The position numbers were made by a program, and so were the translations under genes. Positions 14,861 to 24,634 of a DNA stretch of 64,000 nt are shown piece by piece (the first letter of the stretch is position 1; each line of letters begins with the position of its first letter). This stretch comes from an uncultured virus (IMG/VR IMGVR_UViG_3300042319_001462). Its lineage: Duplodnaviria > Heunggongvirae > Uroviricota > Caudoviricetes. Under the pieces are notes generated by a model. The model was given only the letters and a program-made list of their open reading frames with translations, searched no databases and was not told the origin of the DNA. The DNA is taken from positions 1-64,000 of the IMG/VR virus record IMGVR_UViG_3300042319_001462; one strand, 5' to 3'.

Positions 14861-15107
14861 CCTTATTGTGTTCCATGATCCAGCAGATTGGGAACCAATT
14901 CTTCAGAAACTAGTAGACAATCACGGCCCAACAATTAGAATCAGTTGGGTCATGCGTCGAGAACTTGGATTCACCTGGCGCAATCACCAGGGGCTGGCGT
15001 CTGCCAACATAGCCAAAGACCCAAACAGAATGTACTATCAAGCTCAAATTCATCTAGATTTCTTCAATGAATCTGCACAAAGTTGGTTCCAGTTGCGCTA
15101 TTTGTAG
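14838..15107 (+). CDS. hypothetical protein
   Basis: ORF overlapping the ACP stop; C-terminal F.NE..QSWFQLRY. Confidence 0.65.
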   Translation: MKVTVKRNLIVFHDPADWEPILQKLVDNHGPTIRISWVMRRELGFTWRNHQGLASANIAKDPNRMYYQAQIHLDFFNESAQSWFQLRYL

Positions 15108-15108
15108 G

Positions 15109-15137
15109 TTGACCAATAATTCCTGATTTGCTATAAT
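15109..15137 (+). promoter_or_regulatory. sigma70-type promoter
   Basis: TTGACC-17 bp-TATAAT. Confidence 0.8.
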
Positions 15138-15163
15138 ACATGTATAGACAATAAGGAATTGAG

Positions 15164-15298
15164 ATGATGTACACACTGATCACAAAGTCTGGTAAAGTTT
15201 ACACTTTTTATCTCAAATCTGTAGCAGAAACGTATCAAGCGGCATTTGGTGGTGTTGTTTTTACACAACAAGTGCTAGTTGACACAGAAATCGCTTGA
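15164..15298 (+). CDS. small hypothetical protein (44 aa)
   Basis: TAAGGA SD, downstream of the promoter; MMYTLITKSGKVYTFY... Confidence 0.6.
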   Translation: MMYTLITKSGKVYTFYLKSVAETYQAAFGGVVFTQQVLVDTEIA

Positions 15299-15307
15299 TT
15301 GTATAAT
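15279..15307 (+). promoter_or_regulatory. sigma70-type promoter
   Basis: TTGACA-17 bp-TATAAT. Confidence 0.8.
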
Positions 15308-15346
15308 ACTTGTATTGAAACATTTTTTAACTGAAGGAAACGCCCT

Positions 15347-16438
15347 ATGTCACACGAAAATCGCACAGTTACCTCTGCTGGTGCCCGAAAAGCCATTAAA
15401 AAGTGCTTTTCTAAAAAACGCCCACTGTTCCTCTGGGGCCCTCCTGGTATTGGCAAGTCTGAGGTTGTTGCTAGTATCACCGAAGAACTTGGTGGCTTCA
15501 TGATTGACTTGCGTCTGGGACAAATGGATCCAACAGACATTCGCGGTATTCCGTTTTACAACAAAGAAATTGGTAAGATGGACTGGGCTCCACCAATTGA
15601 CTTGCCGGACGAAGACTTGGCTGGCCAATATCCAGTTGTGGTTTTGTTCATGGACGAAATGAACTCTGCGGCACCTGCTGTACAGGCTGCGGCTTATCAA
15701 TTGGTATTGAATCGCCGAATTGGCAAGTACCGACTGCCCGACAATGTTGTTATGGTAGCCGCAGGCAACCGCGAGAGCGACAAAGGTGTCACGTATCGCA
15801 TGCCTACTCCGCTGGCAAACCGATTTGTGCATGCTGAAATGCGTGTGGACTTCCCAAGCTGGCAAGAGTGGGCTGTGCAGAATCAGATCCACAAGGATGT
15901 GGTTGGTTACTTGAGTTTTGCCAAGCAAGACTTGTATGACTTTGATGCCAAGTCCAGCTCACGTGCATTTGCTACTCCGCGCACCTGGACCTTTGTAAGC
16001 GAGTTGTTGGATGATGACGACATCGACGAGACCACTGCAACTGATTTGATTGCCGGCACCGTTGGCGAAGGTCTTGCAGTGAAGTTCATGGCACATCGCA
16101 AGATTGCTGGTAAATTGCCCAAGCCCGAGGATGTGCTGAGTGGCAAGGCTACTGAACTCGCAGTTAAAGAAGTGAGTGCAATGTACAGTTTGGTCATCAG
16201 CTTGTGTTACGAGCTCAAGGATGCAATTGACAGCAAGCGTGTGGACGACAAAAAGTTCCATGAAATGTCTGACAATTTCTTTGCGTTCATGATGAAGAAT
16301 TTTGAAACAGAGCTGGTTGTTATGGGTGCAAGGATTGCCCTTACAACTTATAACTTGCCTTTCCAGCCCACCAAGCTGAAGTACTTTGATGAGTTTCATC
16401 AACGTTACGGCAAGTACATCTTGCAAGCCAACAGCTGA
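15347..16438 (+). CDS. MoxR-like AAA+ ATPase
   Basis: Walker A GPPGIGKS, Walker B LFMDE, AAGN sensor, LANRF arginine finger. Confidence 0.9.
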   Translation: MSHENRTVTSAGARKAIKKCFSKKRPLFLWGPPGIGKSEVVASITEELGGFMIDLRLGQMDPTDIRGIPFYNKEIGKMDWAPPIDLPDEDLAGQYPVVVLFMDEMNSAAPAVQAAAYQLVLNRRIGKYRLPDNVVMVAAGNRESDKGVTYRMPTPLANRFVHAEMRVDFPSWQEWAVQNQIHKDVVGYLSFAKQDLYDFDAKSSSRAFATPRTWTFVSELLDDDDIDETTATDLIAGTVGEGLAVKFMAHRKIAGKLPKPEDVLSGKATELAVKEVSAMYSLVISLCYELKDAIDSKRVDDKKFHEMSDNFFAFMMKNFETELVVMGARIALTTYNLPFQPTKLKYFDEFHQRYGKYILQANS

Positions 16439-16475
16439 TAGCACGGGGTTGAGTCAAGTGAAGGGACATAGGGCT

Positions 16476-16709
16476 ATGTCTGACTCAACCCCGGACTATT
16501 CCACTGTTCGGATAAAGTTTAGTCCTTACAGTCATCATGAAGTTCAACAACTCTTGCGACAAATTTACGCCAGTTTTGGAAAAGATAAAAATCGGTGGTA
16601 TTATGTTTCTCCTCCAGTTGACTCAGTTGAAGAAAATGTCTGGATACTGGACTTCACATTCAAAGACCCACATGATGCAATTATGTTTAGTCTTAAATAC
16701 GCAAGATGA
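16476..16709 (+). CDS. hypothetical protein
   Basis: Start reassigned to ATG 16476; ATGA overlap with the next gene. Confidence 0.65.
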   Translation: MSDSTPDYSTVRIKFSPYSHHEVQQLLRQIYASFGKDKNRWYYVSPPVDSVEENVWILDFTFKDPHDAIMFSLKYAR

Positions 16710-17086
16710 AATACACTGTACAGCGGCTTGATGGCAGACATAGTTATCAAAAATGGTTTCAGTATTATGCCGGATTTTCAAATTCCATGTCCTTTAACAA
16801 AGGACCATTGCATTTTACTCAAGCTCAACAATGGTGTTTTCGTACCTGGGGCTGGAGTGCCGAGGTCAGGCAATGGAACGACATCTATCGCTGGAGCTCA
16901 AATCATACTCCAATGATGCGTTTGCCTGGCGGCTTTGTTAAACAAACACCTAGTAATCTCCCCGAAGAGTGCAATCCTTATTGGAGTTGGACCAATGGTT
17001 CTACCAGTGCCAACGAGCTACGAATTTACTTCAAAAGTGACGCAGAACTAGCGTTTTTTCAACTGGCAAATGCGGTTGACCAATAA
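16706..17086 (+). CDS. hypothetical protein
   Basis: Coupled ORF, Trp-rich. Confidence 0.7.
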   Translation: MKYTVQRLDGRHSYQKWFQYYAGFSNSMSFNKGPLHFTQAQQWCFRTWGWSAEVRQWNDIYRWSSNHTPMMRLPGGFVKQTPSNLPEECNPYWSWTNGSTSANELRIYFKSDAELAFFQLANAVDQ

Positions 17087-17104
17087 TTCCCTTTTTGCTA
17101 CAAT
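17076..17104 (+). promoter_or_regulatory. sigma70-type promoter
   Basis: TTGACC-17 bp-TACAAT. Confidence 0.75.
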
Positions 17105-17135
17105 TAGGGTATAGTAAGAAACAAAGGAACTCAAA

Positions 17136-17363
17136 ATGGACACTATCCAAAAAACAGCACTCAAAGAAACAGCCAAAACTCTGGCAGGACTCACTGCCAT
17201 TGCTGTGCTGGTACCGGTCACAATCTTTCTGATCCCTTTGCCAGTACTGGGCGGAATCGTCGGTGTGGCGGCTATGTGTTTTGCCGCCAAGTTGATCTAC
17301 GATACCAAACTTGATCAAGCAAAATTCGAAGCTCAATACCTTGACAAAAAGGTTGACCAATAA
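17136..17363 (+). CDS. small membrane protein (two hydrophobic segments)
   Basis: AAGGA SD; long hydrophobic core. Confidence 0.7.
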   Translation: MDTIQKTALKETAKTLAGLTAIAVLVPVTIFLIPLPVLGGIVGVAAMCFAAKLIYDTKLDQAKFEAQYLDKKVDQ

Positions 17364-17381
17364 ATTCCAATTTGTTATAAT
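17353..17381 (+). promoter_or_regulatory. sigma70-type promoter
   Basis: TTGACC-17 bp-TATAAT. Confidence 0.8.
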
Positions 17382-17407
17382 ACTTGTATAGACACCAAGG
17401 AACTGAC

Positions 17408-18694
17408 ATGAGCGCAACCACTACAGAAAACAAAAAAGAACTGGCAAAAAAGTTTGCTAGTCTTATTGGTGCCACAGACCCAAAAATTGATCGCGAAGTT
17501 CGAGAGTCCTTGATTACTGCACGAGTTGGTATGTTGCTTCGTGCCAGCTTCTTTGGTAACCTAGCAACTCGGTTGAAATTGGTCAATGCCGACGAGTGGT
17601 GCAGTACTGCCGCAACAGATGGTCGTAATTTCTATTACAACAGTCGGTTTGTCAAAATGCTAAAACCCAAAGAGATTGAGTTCTTGTTTGGGCATGAGGT
17701 ATTGCATTGTGTTTATGATCACTTTGGGCGTCGCGGAGATCGTGACCCGCAATTGTGGAACGTTGCAAACGATTTCTGTGTTAACTCAGATTTGAAGAAA
17801 CACAAAGTTGGAGAATTCATTACCAGTGTGCCTTGCTTGTATAATTCCAAATACGATGGCATGAGCTCTGAAGAAGTTTACGACAAACTGTATGAGAACG
17901 CAGAAAAAATCAATATTGATGACCTGGTCAATCAACTGATTGACGAGCATCTAGACGGCACAGACGAAGGCAGTGGCGATGGTGGCGGCGATGGTGGCAA
18001 GGACGGCAAGGGTCGTCCAAAGTTGAGCGATGAGGAACGTGCCAAGATTCGCGATGAGATTAAAGAAGCCATGTTGTCAGCGGCACAGACTTGCGATGCA
18101 GGTAACTTGCCAGCTGGAGTCAAGCGATTGATTAGTCAATTGACAGAGCCTCAGATGAACTGGCGAGAACTGCTACGCATGCAATTGGAGAGCACTATCA
18201 AGAGTGATTACAGTTGGATGCGATCTAGCCGTAAAGGTTGGGACATGGATGCAGTGATGCCCGGTATGAAAACTACCGATGCCATTGATATTGCTGTGGC
18301 TATTGACACATCTGGATCTATCAGTACTGAACAAGCTCGTGACTTCTTGAGTGAGATCAAGGGCATCATGGAAAGCTTTGACAGCTACAAAATCCATGTG
18401 TTTACTTTTGATACTGAAACATACAATCCACAACAGTACAACAGCGAGAATCTTGAAGACATTACTGAGTACGACATTCAGGGTGGTGGCGGTACTGATT
18501 TTGATGCTATTTTCCGCTATCTTAAAGATGTTGAAATTGAGCCCAAGAAGCTGGTGGTGTTTACAGATGGGTATCCATTCGGTAGCTGGGGCGACCCAAT
18601 TTATTGTGACACTGTTTGGATCATTCACGGTGACAAGAATCCTGATCCACCGTTTGGTACTTTTGCATTGTACGGCGAAGGCGATCAAGACTAA
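17408..18694 (+). CDS. metallopeptidase-like plus VWA domain protein (DUF2201-type)
   Basis: TAATDG, HEVLH (HExxH), DTSGS MIDAS, GGGTDF, FTDG. Confidence 0.88.
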   Translation: MSATTTENKKELAKKFASLIGATDPKIDREVRESLITARVGMLLRASFFGNLATRLKLVNADEWCSTAATDGRNFYYNSRFVKMLKPKEIEFLFGHEVLHCVYDHFGRRGDRDPQLWNVANDFCVNSDLKKHKVGEFITSVPCLYNSKYDGMSSEEVYDKLYENAEKINIDDLVNQLIDEHLDGTDEGSGDGGGDGGKDGKGRPKLSDEERAKIRDEIKEAMLSAAQTCDAGNLPAGVKRLISQLTEPQMNWRELLRMQLESTIKSDYSWMRSSRKGWDMDAVMPGMKTTDAIDIAVAIDTSGSISTEQARDFLSEIKGIMESFDSYKIHVFTFDTETYNPQQYNSENLEDITEYDIQGGGGTDFDAIFRYLKDVEIEPKKLVVFTDGYPFGSWGDPIYCDTVWIIHGDKNPDPPFGTFALYGEGDQD

Positions 18695-18715
18695 TTTGTC
18701 CAGAACCGTGCTATA

Positions 18716-18748
18716 ACCGGGGGATTTTTTACCCCCGGTGTTCTTTTT
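18716..18748 (+). terminator. intrinsic terminator
   Basis: ACCGGGGG/CCCCCGGT stem followed by a T-rich tail. Confidence 0.7.
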
Positions 18749-18763
18749 ATCTTAAATATTGAC

Positions 18764-18973
18764 ATGGACGAAACTACACAACAAACAAATCTTACCATAG
18801 CTGACTTAGCATCTATTAGAGATTTAATCGACACTGCATGCTCTAGGGGTGCGTACCGAGCTTCAGAAATGAAATCAGTTGGCGAAATATACGAACGCCT
18901 AAATGCATTCCTGAGCGAAGTGGTCGCTCAAGCCAATGCAACATCCGCTAATCAACAAGGAGAACCAAAATGA
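18764..18973 (+). CDS. hypothetical protein
   Basis: ORF 5 nt after CTTAAATA; coupled to the next gene. Confidence 0.7.
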   Translation: MDETTQQTNLTIADLASIRDLIDTACSRGAYRASEMKSVGEIYERLNAFLSEVVAQANATSANQQGEPK

Positions 18974-19671
18974 TTAAACACGTAGGTAAACACGGTGACC
19001 GTAGAGTCGCTATTGTATTCAGAGAAGTGCCTGGTGAAGAGCACATGTGCTTGGTAATTTATCCTGACACCATGCCAGTTTCCATGCATGATACTATCAT
19101 GCGCACAATCGAGTCAGACATTGGACAAACAGCAGAGAATCTTGGAGATGCTCTGTTCCGTAGTTTGTTCCCAGATGGACGCCCTATGCTTCAGACTCTG
19201 CACGCCGAAGGCATGTTGAAGAAAGTGCAAACAAAGCAGGTGGTAGTTACACCAAATCCATCAAGTCATGTTAACTTGGAAGAAATGAATCGTATCATCC
19301 GCGAGATGAAGACCGGTGCAGATGCTATCAAGAAAATGGCCGACATTGACAACAATCGCGGCATGAGTAACTACAAACGCAGAGATGATTACGGTCGTGA
19401 GATTGGTGCGCCAATGGAGCAACTGCGTCAAGGAAGTGCCGCTGTGGCAGGTTCAGATGCGGCACGTGCACTTGACGATGCGGCCTTGGCCAACAACTTC
19501 CGGGACCAAGCCACACGTATGGCAGCAGAGGCACGAAGCTTGCTAGCCGAGTCAGATCGTTTGATGAAAGAGGCAGCTACCATGAGCGGCAGTGTAGCGT
19601 CCGGAGAACAAGCCGCAAAACCCAAGCGCGGCCGTCCTAATAAAAAGGCGGTGCCGGATGCAACATACTGA
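18970..19671 (+). CDS. hypothetical protein with basic PKRGRP tail
   Basis: AGGAG SD; long ORF. Confidence 0.8.
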   Translation: MIKHVGKHGDRRVAIVFREVPGEEHMCLVIYPDTMPVSMHDTIMRTIESDIGQTAENLGDALFRSLFPDGRPMLQTLHAEGMLKKVQTKQVVVTPNPSSHVNLEEMNRIIREMKTGADAIKKMADIDNNRGMSNYKRRDDYGREIGAPMEQLRQGSAAVAGSDAARALDDAALANNFRDQATRMAAEARSLLAESDRLMKEAATMSGSVASGEQAAKPKRGRPNKKAVPDATY

Positions 19672-19960
19672 GGATTGGCTGAAACGATGGGAAGACATCA
19701 TTGACCAAGTCGAGAAAGAGCACATCCCGTTTGAATGCATCAAAAAGGTAGTGTTCCGAATTGCAGGTGGTCGTCAAAAAACCATTAATCTTCGAAAACT
19801 TAAAGATCAAGGATTTGGAATTGACGACATTCAAGAGGCAGTGGACAACTTTGTGCAGGCCAATTGTGATGATATCACCAACATGGAATTTGTGCTTGAC
19901 ATCGAAGCAGTGGCAGAATTATTACAACCCGAAACTGACAAGCTCCTTAGAGGAATATGA
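19658..19960 (+). CDS. hypothetical protein
   Basis: Coupled ORF between 18970 and thyX. Confidence 0.75.
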   Translation: MQHTEDWLKRWEDIIDQVEKEHIPFECIKKVVFRIAGGRQKTINLRKLKDQGFGIDDIQEAVDNFVQANCDDITNMEFVLDIEAVAELLQPETDKLLRGI

Positions 19961-20649
19961 TGAATGTTAAACTACTCAGTTACAGTCAACCCACAGCAGA
20001 ATTTGCAAGCCTGGGCGTCGAAGATGCGCAGGAACTCATTGCGTATTGCGCCCGTGTGTCCAATCCCGCCAATCAGTTCAACACTGAAACAAGCGACAAA
20101 CTCATACGATACCTTATCCGACACCAACACTGGAGTCCTTTGGAGATGGTGTCAGCCTGCCTCGAAATCGTCACCACCCGCGACATCGCAAGACAAATTC
20201 TACGACATCGAAGCTTCTCCTTTCAAGAGTTCTCCCAACGATATGCTGACCCAACGGCAGAGTTGGATGATGCGTTTGTACTACGAGACGCTAGATTCCA
20301 AGACACCAAGAATCGACAAAACAGCGTAGAACTTGATCTTGCCGATGAGTCTCAGCGGCTGTTGGCTATTGAATGGGAACGTGCTCAAAAACGTGTGCTA
20401 TTCTCGGCCAAACAAGAGTACGCCTGGGCAATCAAAAATGGCATTGCCAAAGAACAGGCCCGTGCTGTATTACCCGAAGGTCTTACAGTGAGTCGTTTGT
20501 ACATGAATGGCACATTACGTAGCTGGATTCACTTTATCCAACTGCGTAGTGCCAATGGAACTCAGAAAGAACATCAAGCCATTGCGATAGCATGTGCCAA
20601 GGTAATTACTGAAATATTCCCAATGGCCAGTGACCTTGTGGCAGAATAA
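19957..20649 (+). CDS. thyX: FAD-dependent thymidylate synthase
   Basis: HWSPLE and the RHRSFSFQEFSQRY ThyX motif. Confidence 0.95.
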   Translation: MMNVKLLSYSQPTAEFASLGVEDAQELIAYCARVSNPANQFNTETSDKLIRYLIRHQHWSPLEMVSACLEIVTTRDIARQILRHRSFSFQEFSQRYADPTAELDDAFVLRDARFQDTKNRQNSVELDLADESQRLLAIEWERAQKRVLFSAKQEYAWAIKNGIAKEQARAVLPEGLTVSRLYMNGTLRSWIHFIQLRSANGTQKEHQAIAIACAKVITEIFPMASDLVAE

Positions 20650-20990
20650 TGCTACAATGTGTTATGGCAATAACACGCAAAGAACACGCTCAGTGGCGTC
20701 ATTTTAAATCTGAAGAAGTCAAGGTAATTGCCGATCGTGCAGTTCGGTTTCGAGATGTACAAGTGCATGAATTTATCCTAGGTGATGTAGATGACCCTGA
20801 CTTGTTTGCAGCCAGACCGTTGCACAAGTGGGCCGAAAGCGAAGTTGGCAAATGGTGTATAGAAAATGCAGAAGAAACACCATATTGGGTTAGATCATCT
20901 AGTTATGAAATACATGGTTATAGATACATTGTAATGGCCCGGCTTAGTGAACAAAACGAAACTTATTTTAGATTGAGATTCAAGGTATGA
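20649..20990 (+). CDS. hypothetical protein
   Basis: Coupled at both ends; GDVDDPDL motif. Confidence 0.7.
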   Translation: MLQCVMAITRKEHAQWRHFKSEEVKVIADRAVRFRDVQVHEFILGDVDDPDLFAARPLHKWAESEVGKWCIENAEETPYWVRSSSYEIHGYRYIVMARLSEQNETYFRLRFKV

Positions 20991-21946
20991 ATATTTTAGT
21001 AACTGGTGGACATGGTCTGATTGGACACAACGTGGTACAACGTCTTCAGGCACGTGGCGAAACAGTCAGTGTTGTGGACACACACACCACTTATGGAATC
21101 ATCCCACAAGCAGAGATTGATTACTTGATTGGCGAACGACTCAAAAAGCTCACCGATCACACATACTACAATCAGTGTATCACAGACAGTTACGAAATTG
21201 ATCATATTGTAGAAAAAGAAAACCCCCGGGTGATCATTCACTGTGCTAGTTTCCCTCGACAGAAAGTGGTCAATGCCAACCCTGCACATGGTGCTGACGT
21301 CATGATGCGTGGCTTGATCAACCTGTTGGAGAGTGCCAAAAAGCATGGTGTAGAACGTTTTGTATACATTAGTTCAAGCATGGTGTACGGAGACTTTGAT
21401 GACCAAGTGTTAGAAGATGATGAGTGTAGCCCACAAGGGCAATACGGCATTATGAAACTGGCCGGTGAATGGTTGGTCAAAGACTATGCTCGCCGCACTG
21501 GTATGGAATATGTTATTCTTAGACCTAGTGCTGTGTATGGACCACTGGATGTGGAAGATCGTGTAGTTGCAAAGTTCATGCTCACTGCCATGCGAGATGA
21601 AACTCTCAAAGTAAACGGGGCAGGCGAAACACTGGACTTTACCTATGTTGACGATGCTGCCGACGGTGTGGTATCAGCAGCCACACGTATCACATGTCGT
21701 GATATGACGTTTAACATTACCAAGAGCCACAGTGTGAGTCTACTGCAAGCTGCCGAAATGATCACAGGTATTGTGGGGCGGGGCAAGATTGAAGTTCGAG
21801 ACAAGGATGCAGACTTTCCCAGCCGTGGCGCACTGAACATTGACCGTGCACGAACCATTCTTGGTTTTGATCCCAAGGTAGATGTTGAACAAGGATTCCA
21901 AAATTACTACAAGTGGTTGAGCGAATCGTCTTATTGGAACAAATGA
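20987..21946 (+). CDS. NAD-dependent nucleotide-sugar epimerase/dehydratase
   Basis: TGGHGLIG, SSSMVYG, YGIMK (YxxxK), DFTYVDD. Confidence 0.93.
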   Translation: MNILVTGGHGLIGHNVVQRLQARGETVSVVDTHTTYGIIPQAEIDYLIGERLKKLTDHTYYNQCITDSYEIDHIVEKENPRVIIHCASFPRQKVVNANPAHGADVMMRGLINLLESAKKHGVERFVYISSSMVYGDFDDQVLEDDECSPQGQYGIMKLAGEWLVKDYARRTGMEYVILRPSAVYGPLDVEDRVVAKFMLTAMRDETLKVNGAGETLDFTYVDDAADGVVSAATRITCRDMTFNITKSHSVSLLQAAEMITGIVGRGKIEVRDKDADFPSRGALNIDRARTILGFDPKVDVEQGFQNYYKWLSESSYWNK

Positions 21947-23049
21947 CAGCCACTGGTCTTACTATTCCGTTTACTGGATTGCGAAAACAGTACAATAATC
22001 TTCGCACAGAAATACTGAATTCTGTGGATGAGGTACTGCGATCTGGACAACTCATGAATGGCAATCATACACTAGAGTTTGAACACTGGTTGGCTCAAAA
22101 GAATCACGCAAGATATGCAGTGACTTGCCACAGTGGTACACATGCACTGGAAATTATTGCTAGCTATTATGCAGGTCAAGCAGACATCTCCGACCCTCCC
22201 AGGGTATTGCTTCCATCAGTAACTTACGTGGCCACTGCTAATGCATTTATCAATGCAGGGTGGGATGTTTACTTTGTTGACACTGATGTACATGGACTGT
22301 TGGATCTCAACCGTATCCCATCCACACTAGGGTACGATGCTGTTGTGCTGGTGGGCTTGTATGGTGCCAGTGTGTTGCATTATAAAAATTCCCGACAATG
22401 GGACGACTGGCAATTGCAAGATGTTGCAATAATTGAGGATGCTGCTCAACACTGGCTCAGTGCCGGGTGTGTTAGACTAGGTGAGGCGGCTGCTGTTAGC
22501 TTTGACCCAATGAAAAATCTAGCCAATTATGGCAATGGCGGTGCTGTGGTAACCAACAACATCAGTCTAGCCAATCATGCACGATCCTGGAGAGACAATG
22601 GTAAACCCAGCAATCACCAACCAGGTACCAACAGCAGAATGAGCGAGATTGATTGTGCAACCATGCGTGTGAAAGCTCAGTATATTGATCAATGGCAACA
22701 TCGTAGACGTAACATTGCCAATTACTGGATTGATCGATTCAAGAAAAGTCCCATTAGATGTTTAATCAATGACAGCAATAACCAGGAACATTGCTTTCAT
22801 AAATTTGTAGTTGACATTGATCAACGAGACATTGTAAAAAAGAATCTATCTCTACGCAAAATCGAAACCAAAGTGCATTATGAGTATCCCTTGCACGAAC
22901 TGGGTGCTTATAGACAATATCCAGGACCCGACTTGTTGAGTTCAGCCAGTGCACTGTGTCGACGAGTACTGAGTTTGCCTATCTATCCTGAGTTAACAGA
23001 TCTTGAAGTTGAATATGTCAGCGATCAGTTAGTAGATTGCGTTTCATAA
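21943..23049 (+). CDS. DegT/DnrJ/EryC1/StrS sugar aminotransferase
   Basis: SGTHAL, IIEDAAQ, SFDPMKNL (PLP Lys), GNGGAV, LSLPIYP; start at the ATGA overlap 21943. Confidence 0.93.
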   Translation: MTATGLTIPFTGLRKQYNNLRTEILNSVDEVLRSGQLMNGNHTLEFEHWLAQKNHARYAVTCHSGTHALEIIASYYAGQADISDPPRVLLPSVTYVATANAFINAGWDVYFVDTDVHGLLDLNRIPSTLGYDAVVLVGLYGASVLHYKNSRQWDDWQLQDVAIIEDAAQHWLSAGCVRLGEAAAVSFDPMKNLANYGNGGAVVTNNISLANHARSWRDNGKPSNHQPGTNSRMSEIDCATMRVKAQYIDQWQHRRRNIANYWIDRFKKSPIRCLINDSNNQEHCFHKFVVDIDQRDIVKKNLSLRKIETKVHYEYPLHELGAYRQYPGPDLLSSASALCRRVLSLPIYPELTDLEVEYVSDQLVDCVS

Positions 23050-24634
23050 ACGCATAACTTGCCAACCAATCCCACTCGTAGCTCTTGCGGAGTTCAGTGG
23101 GATCACCATTGACTGCTTCGTAATACTCCACAGCATCTTGTGCACCTTTGTGGCTCCAATGACCATTGGCAATAGTACCTGAGTCTTCCTTTAGCCAAAC
23201 CTTTAGTCGGTACTCGTTTTCCACGTCGGGTAAACTTGCACGAAGTTTTAGTACTTCACGGAATGCAGTGCGCCAGGCCATCCAAGGCGATTCAGCATAC
23301 ATGGCTGTGCCACTGATAATAGGTACAACTTCGTGCGGTTGATCTAGAGTAAAGTCCAAGCCAACACCTGTGTTCTCCAACACCAACTGCCGGTTGTAGG
23401 CAATCATGGCTTGGTGTCCGTATACCAGTCCATTCACAGGATTACCAGCATGAAAAATATAGTGCTTGGGCTGTTGCATACGATCAGGTTGCCAGGTCCA
23501 ATCAAACCTTTGATTTACTTCTAGCTTGGCAAACACCGCAAAGAACCAAGGCGTGGTGCTGGCTCTGGCAGCCGCGTGGTATGCTGCCACTCGTCCATTT
23601 ACACCCTCTATCACATGAACGCGATTTGTGTACCTTGACTCATTGGCCAGATACACTGTCATCTGCAAATAATTAGACTTGGCATTGGGTTCGCCATTGC
23701 TGATAAACACAATGTCCAAGGGATGAGTCTTGAGACAAATTTTACTTTTATCAATATAAGGATAATCGTATACTTGTGTTTTGATGTAATTTTTACATTC
23801 CCTAGGTACCACTGCTGTGCCATGATCGTTGCTGAGTGGTGTAACTGTTTTGGTACGCTCTTGCCACAAACTTACTGTGGGAGCATGTGTGCCCATGCTG
23901 GTGCCTTGATGAAACTGCACCAAGGGAGTGGTGAATTCATGTTCCCAAATAGCAGTTGCTAGACTGTCATGTGTGTACTCAACTTCTGGCATGGGCAATC
24001 GAGGCACAACTATATCTTCAACAAAATGCAAAGTCTCAAACCATTCCAAAACTTTCAAGCTTTCAGTTTTCTGTAAAAAGCTAGGCACGTGCACATAAAA
24101 AGTATCACCAAATTTCTGTTCGTTGCTGGCAAACACATGCAACATGTTGTTCTGCCATTCGCTTGGATGCCAAGTAAAATCAAAGTTGCTGTAATCGCAA
24201 ACACTTGATACCACCCACACATATTCATGCTTTACATTTTTTAATACTCTGCGTAGAGTGCCTAGATAATCGCTTACGTATCGAGTGACTGTGTCGTATG
24301 CGGTTTCAAATCCGTTGCCGTGATCAATTGCAATGATTGGAACTGATTGACCACGATTGATCACAGCATGATCTCGATTGATATCACTCATGCCAGATTT
24401 GGGCAACAAGTAGGTGCCGCCGTTGGCTTGATGCTGACTGGGCCAAACATGTGTTTGATCAGCTTGCCAAGGGCTGGGCACCCAAAGAAAGTCAAAGCCC
24501 TGATAGTCCGATAAGTAGTTGACAATCCAACATGCCCGCGTACGACTTTTTTCACATGCCTCTGCCAAAGAATTCACAGCCTGCTCGTGTGGGAACAAGT
24601 TGGGTTTGGCTCCAATATAAAATACATCAAACAT
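23018..24634 (-). CDS. multi-domain glycosyltransferase-like protein
   Basis: C-terminal domain DIVFISNGEP...GV.G...AY.AAA...AWRTAFRE..K, paralogous to 39916..40842. Confidence 0.65.
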   Translation of the reverse strand: MFDVFYIGAKPNLFPHEQAVNSLAEACEKSRTRACWIVNYLSDYQGFDFLWVPSPWQADQTHVWPSQHQANGGTYLLPKSGMSDINRDHAVINRGQSVPIIAIDHGNGFETAYDTVTRYVSDYLGTLRRVLKNVKHEYVWVVSSVCDYSNFDFTWHPSEWQNNMLHVFASNEQKFGDTFYVHVPSFLQKTESLKVLEWFETLHFVEDIVVPRLPMPEVEYTHDSLATAIWEHEFTTPLVQFHQGTSMGTHAPTVSLWQERTKTVTPLSNDHGTAVVPRECKNYIKTQVYDYPYIDKSKICLKTHPLDIVFISNGEPNAKSNYLQMTVYLANESRYTNRVHVIEGVNGRVAAYHAAARASTTPWFFAVFAKLEVNQRFDWTWQPDRMQQPKHYIFHAGNPVNGLVYGHQAMIAYNRQLVLENTGVGLDFTLDQPHEVVPIISGTAMYAESPWMAWRTAFREVLKLRASLPDVENEYRLKVWLKEDSGTIANGHWSHKGAQDAVEYYEAVNGDPTELRKSYEWDWLASYAFMKRNLLTDR

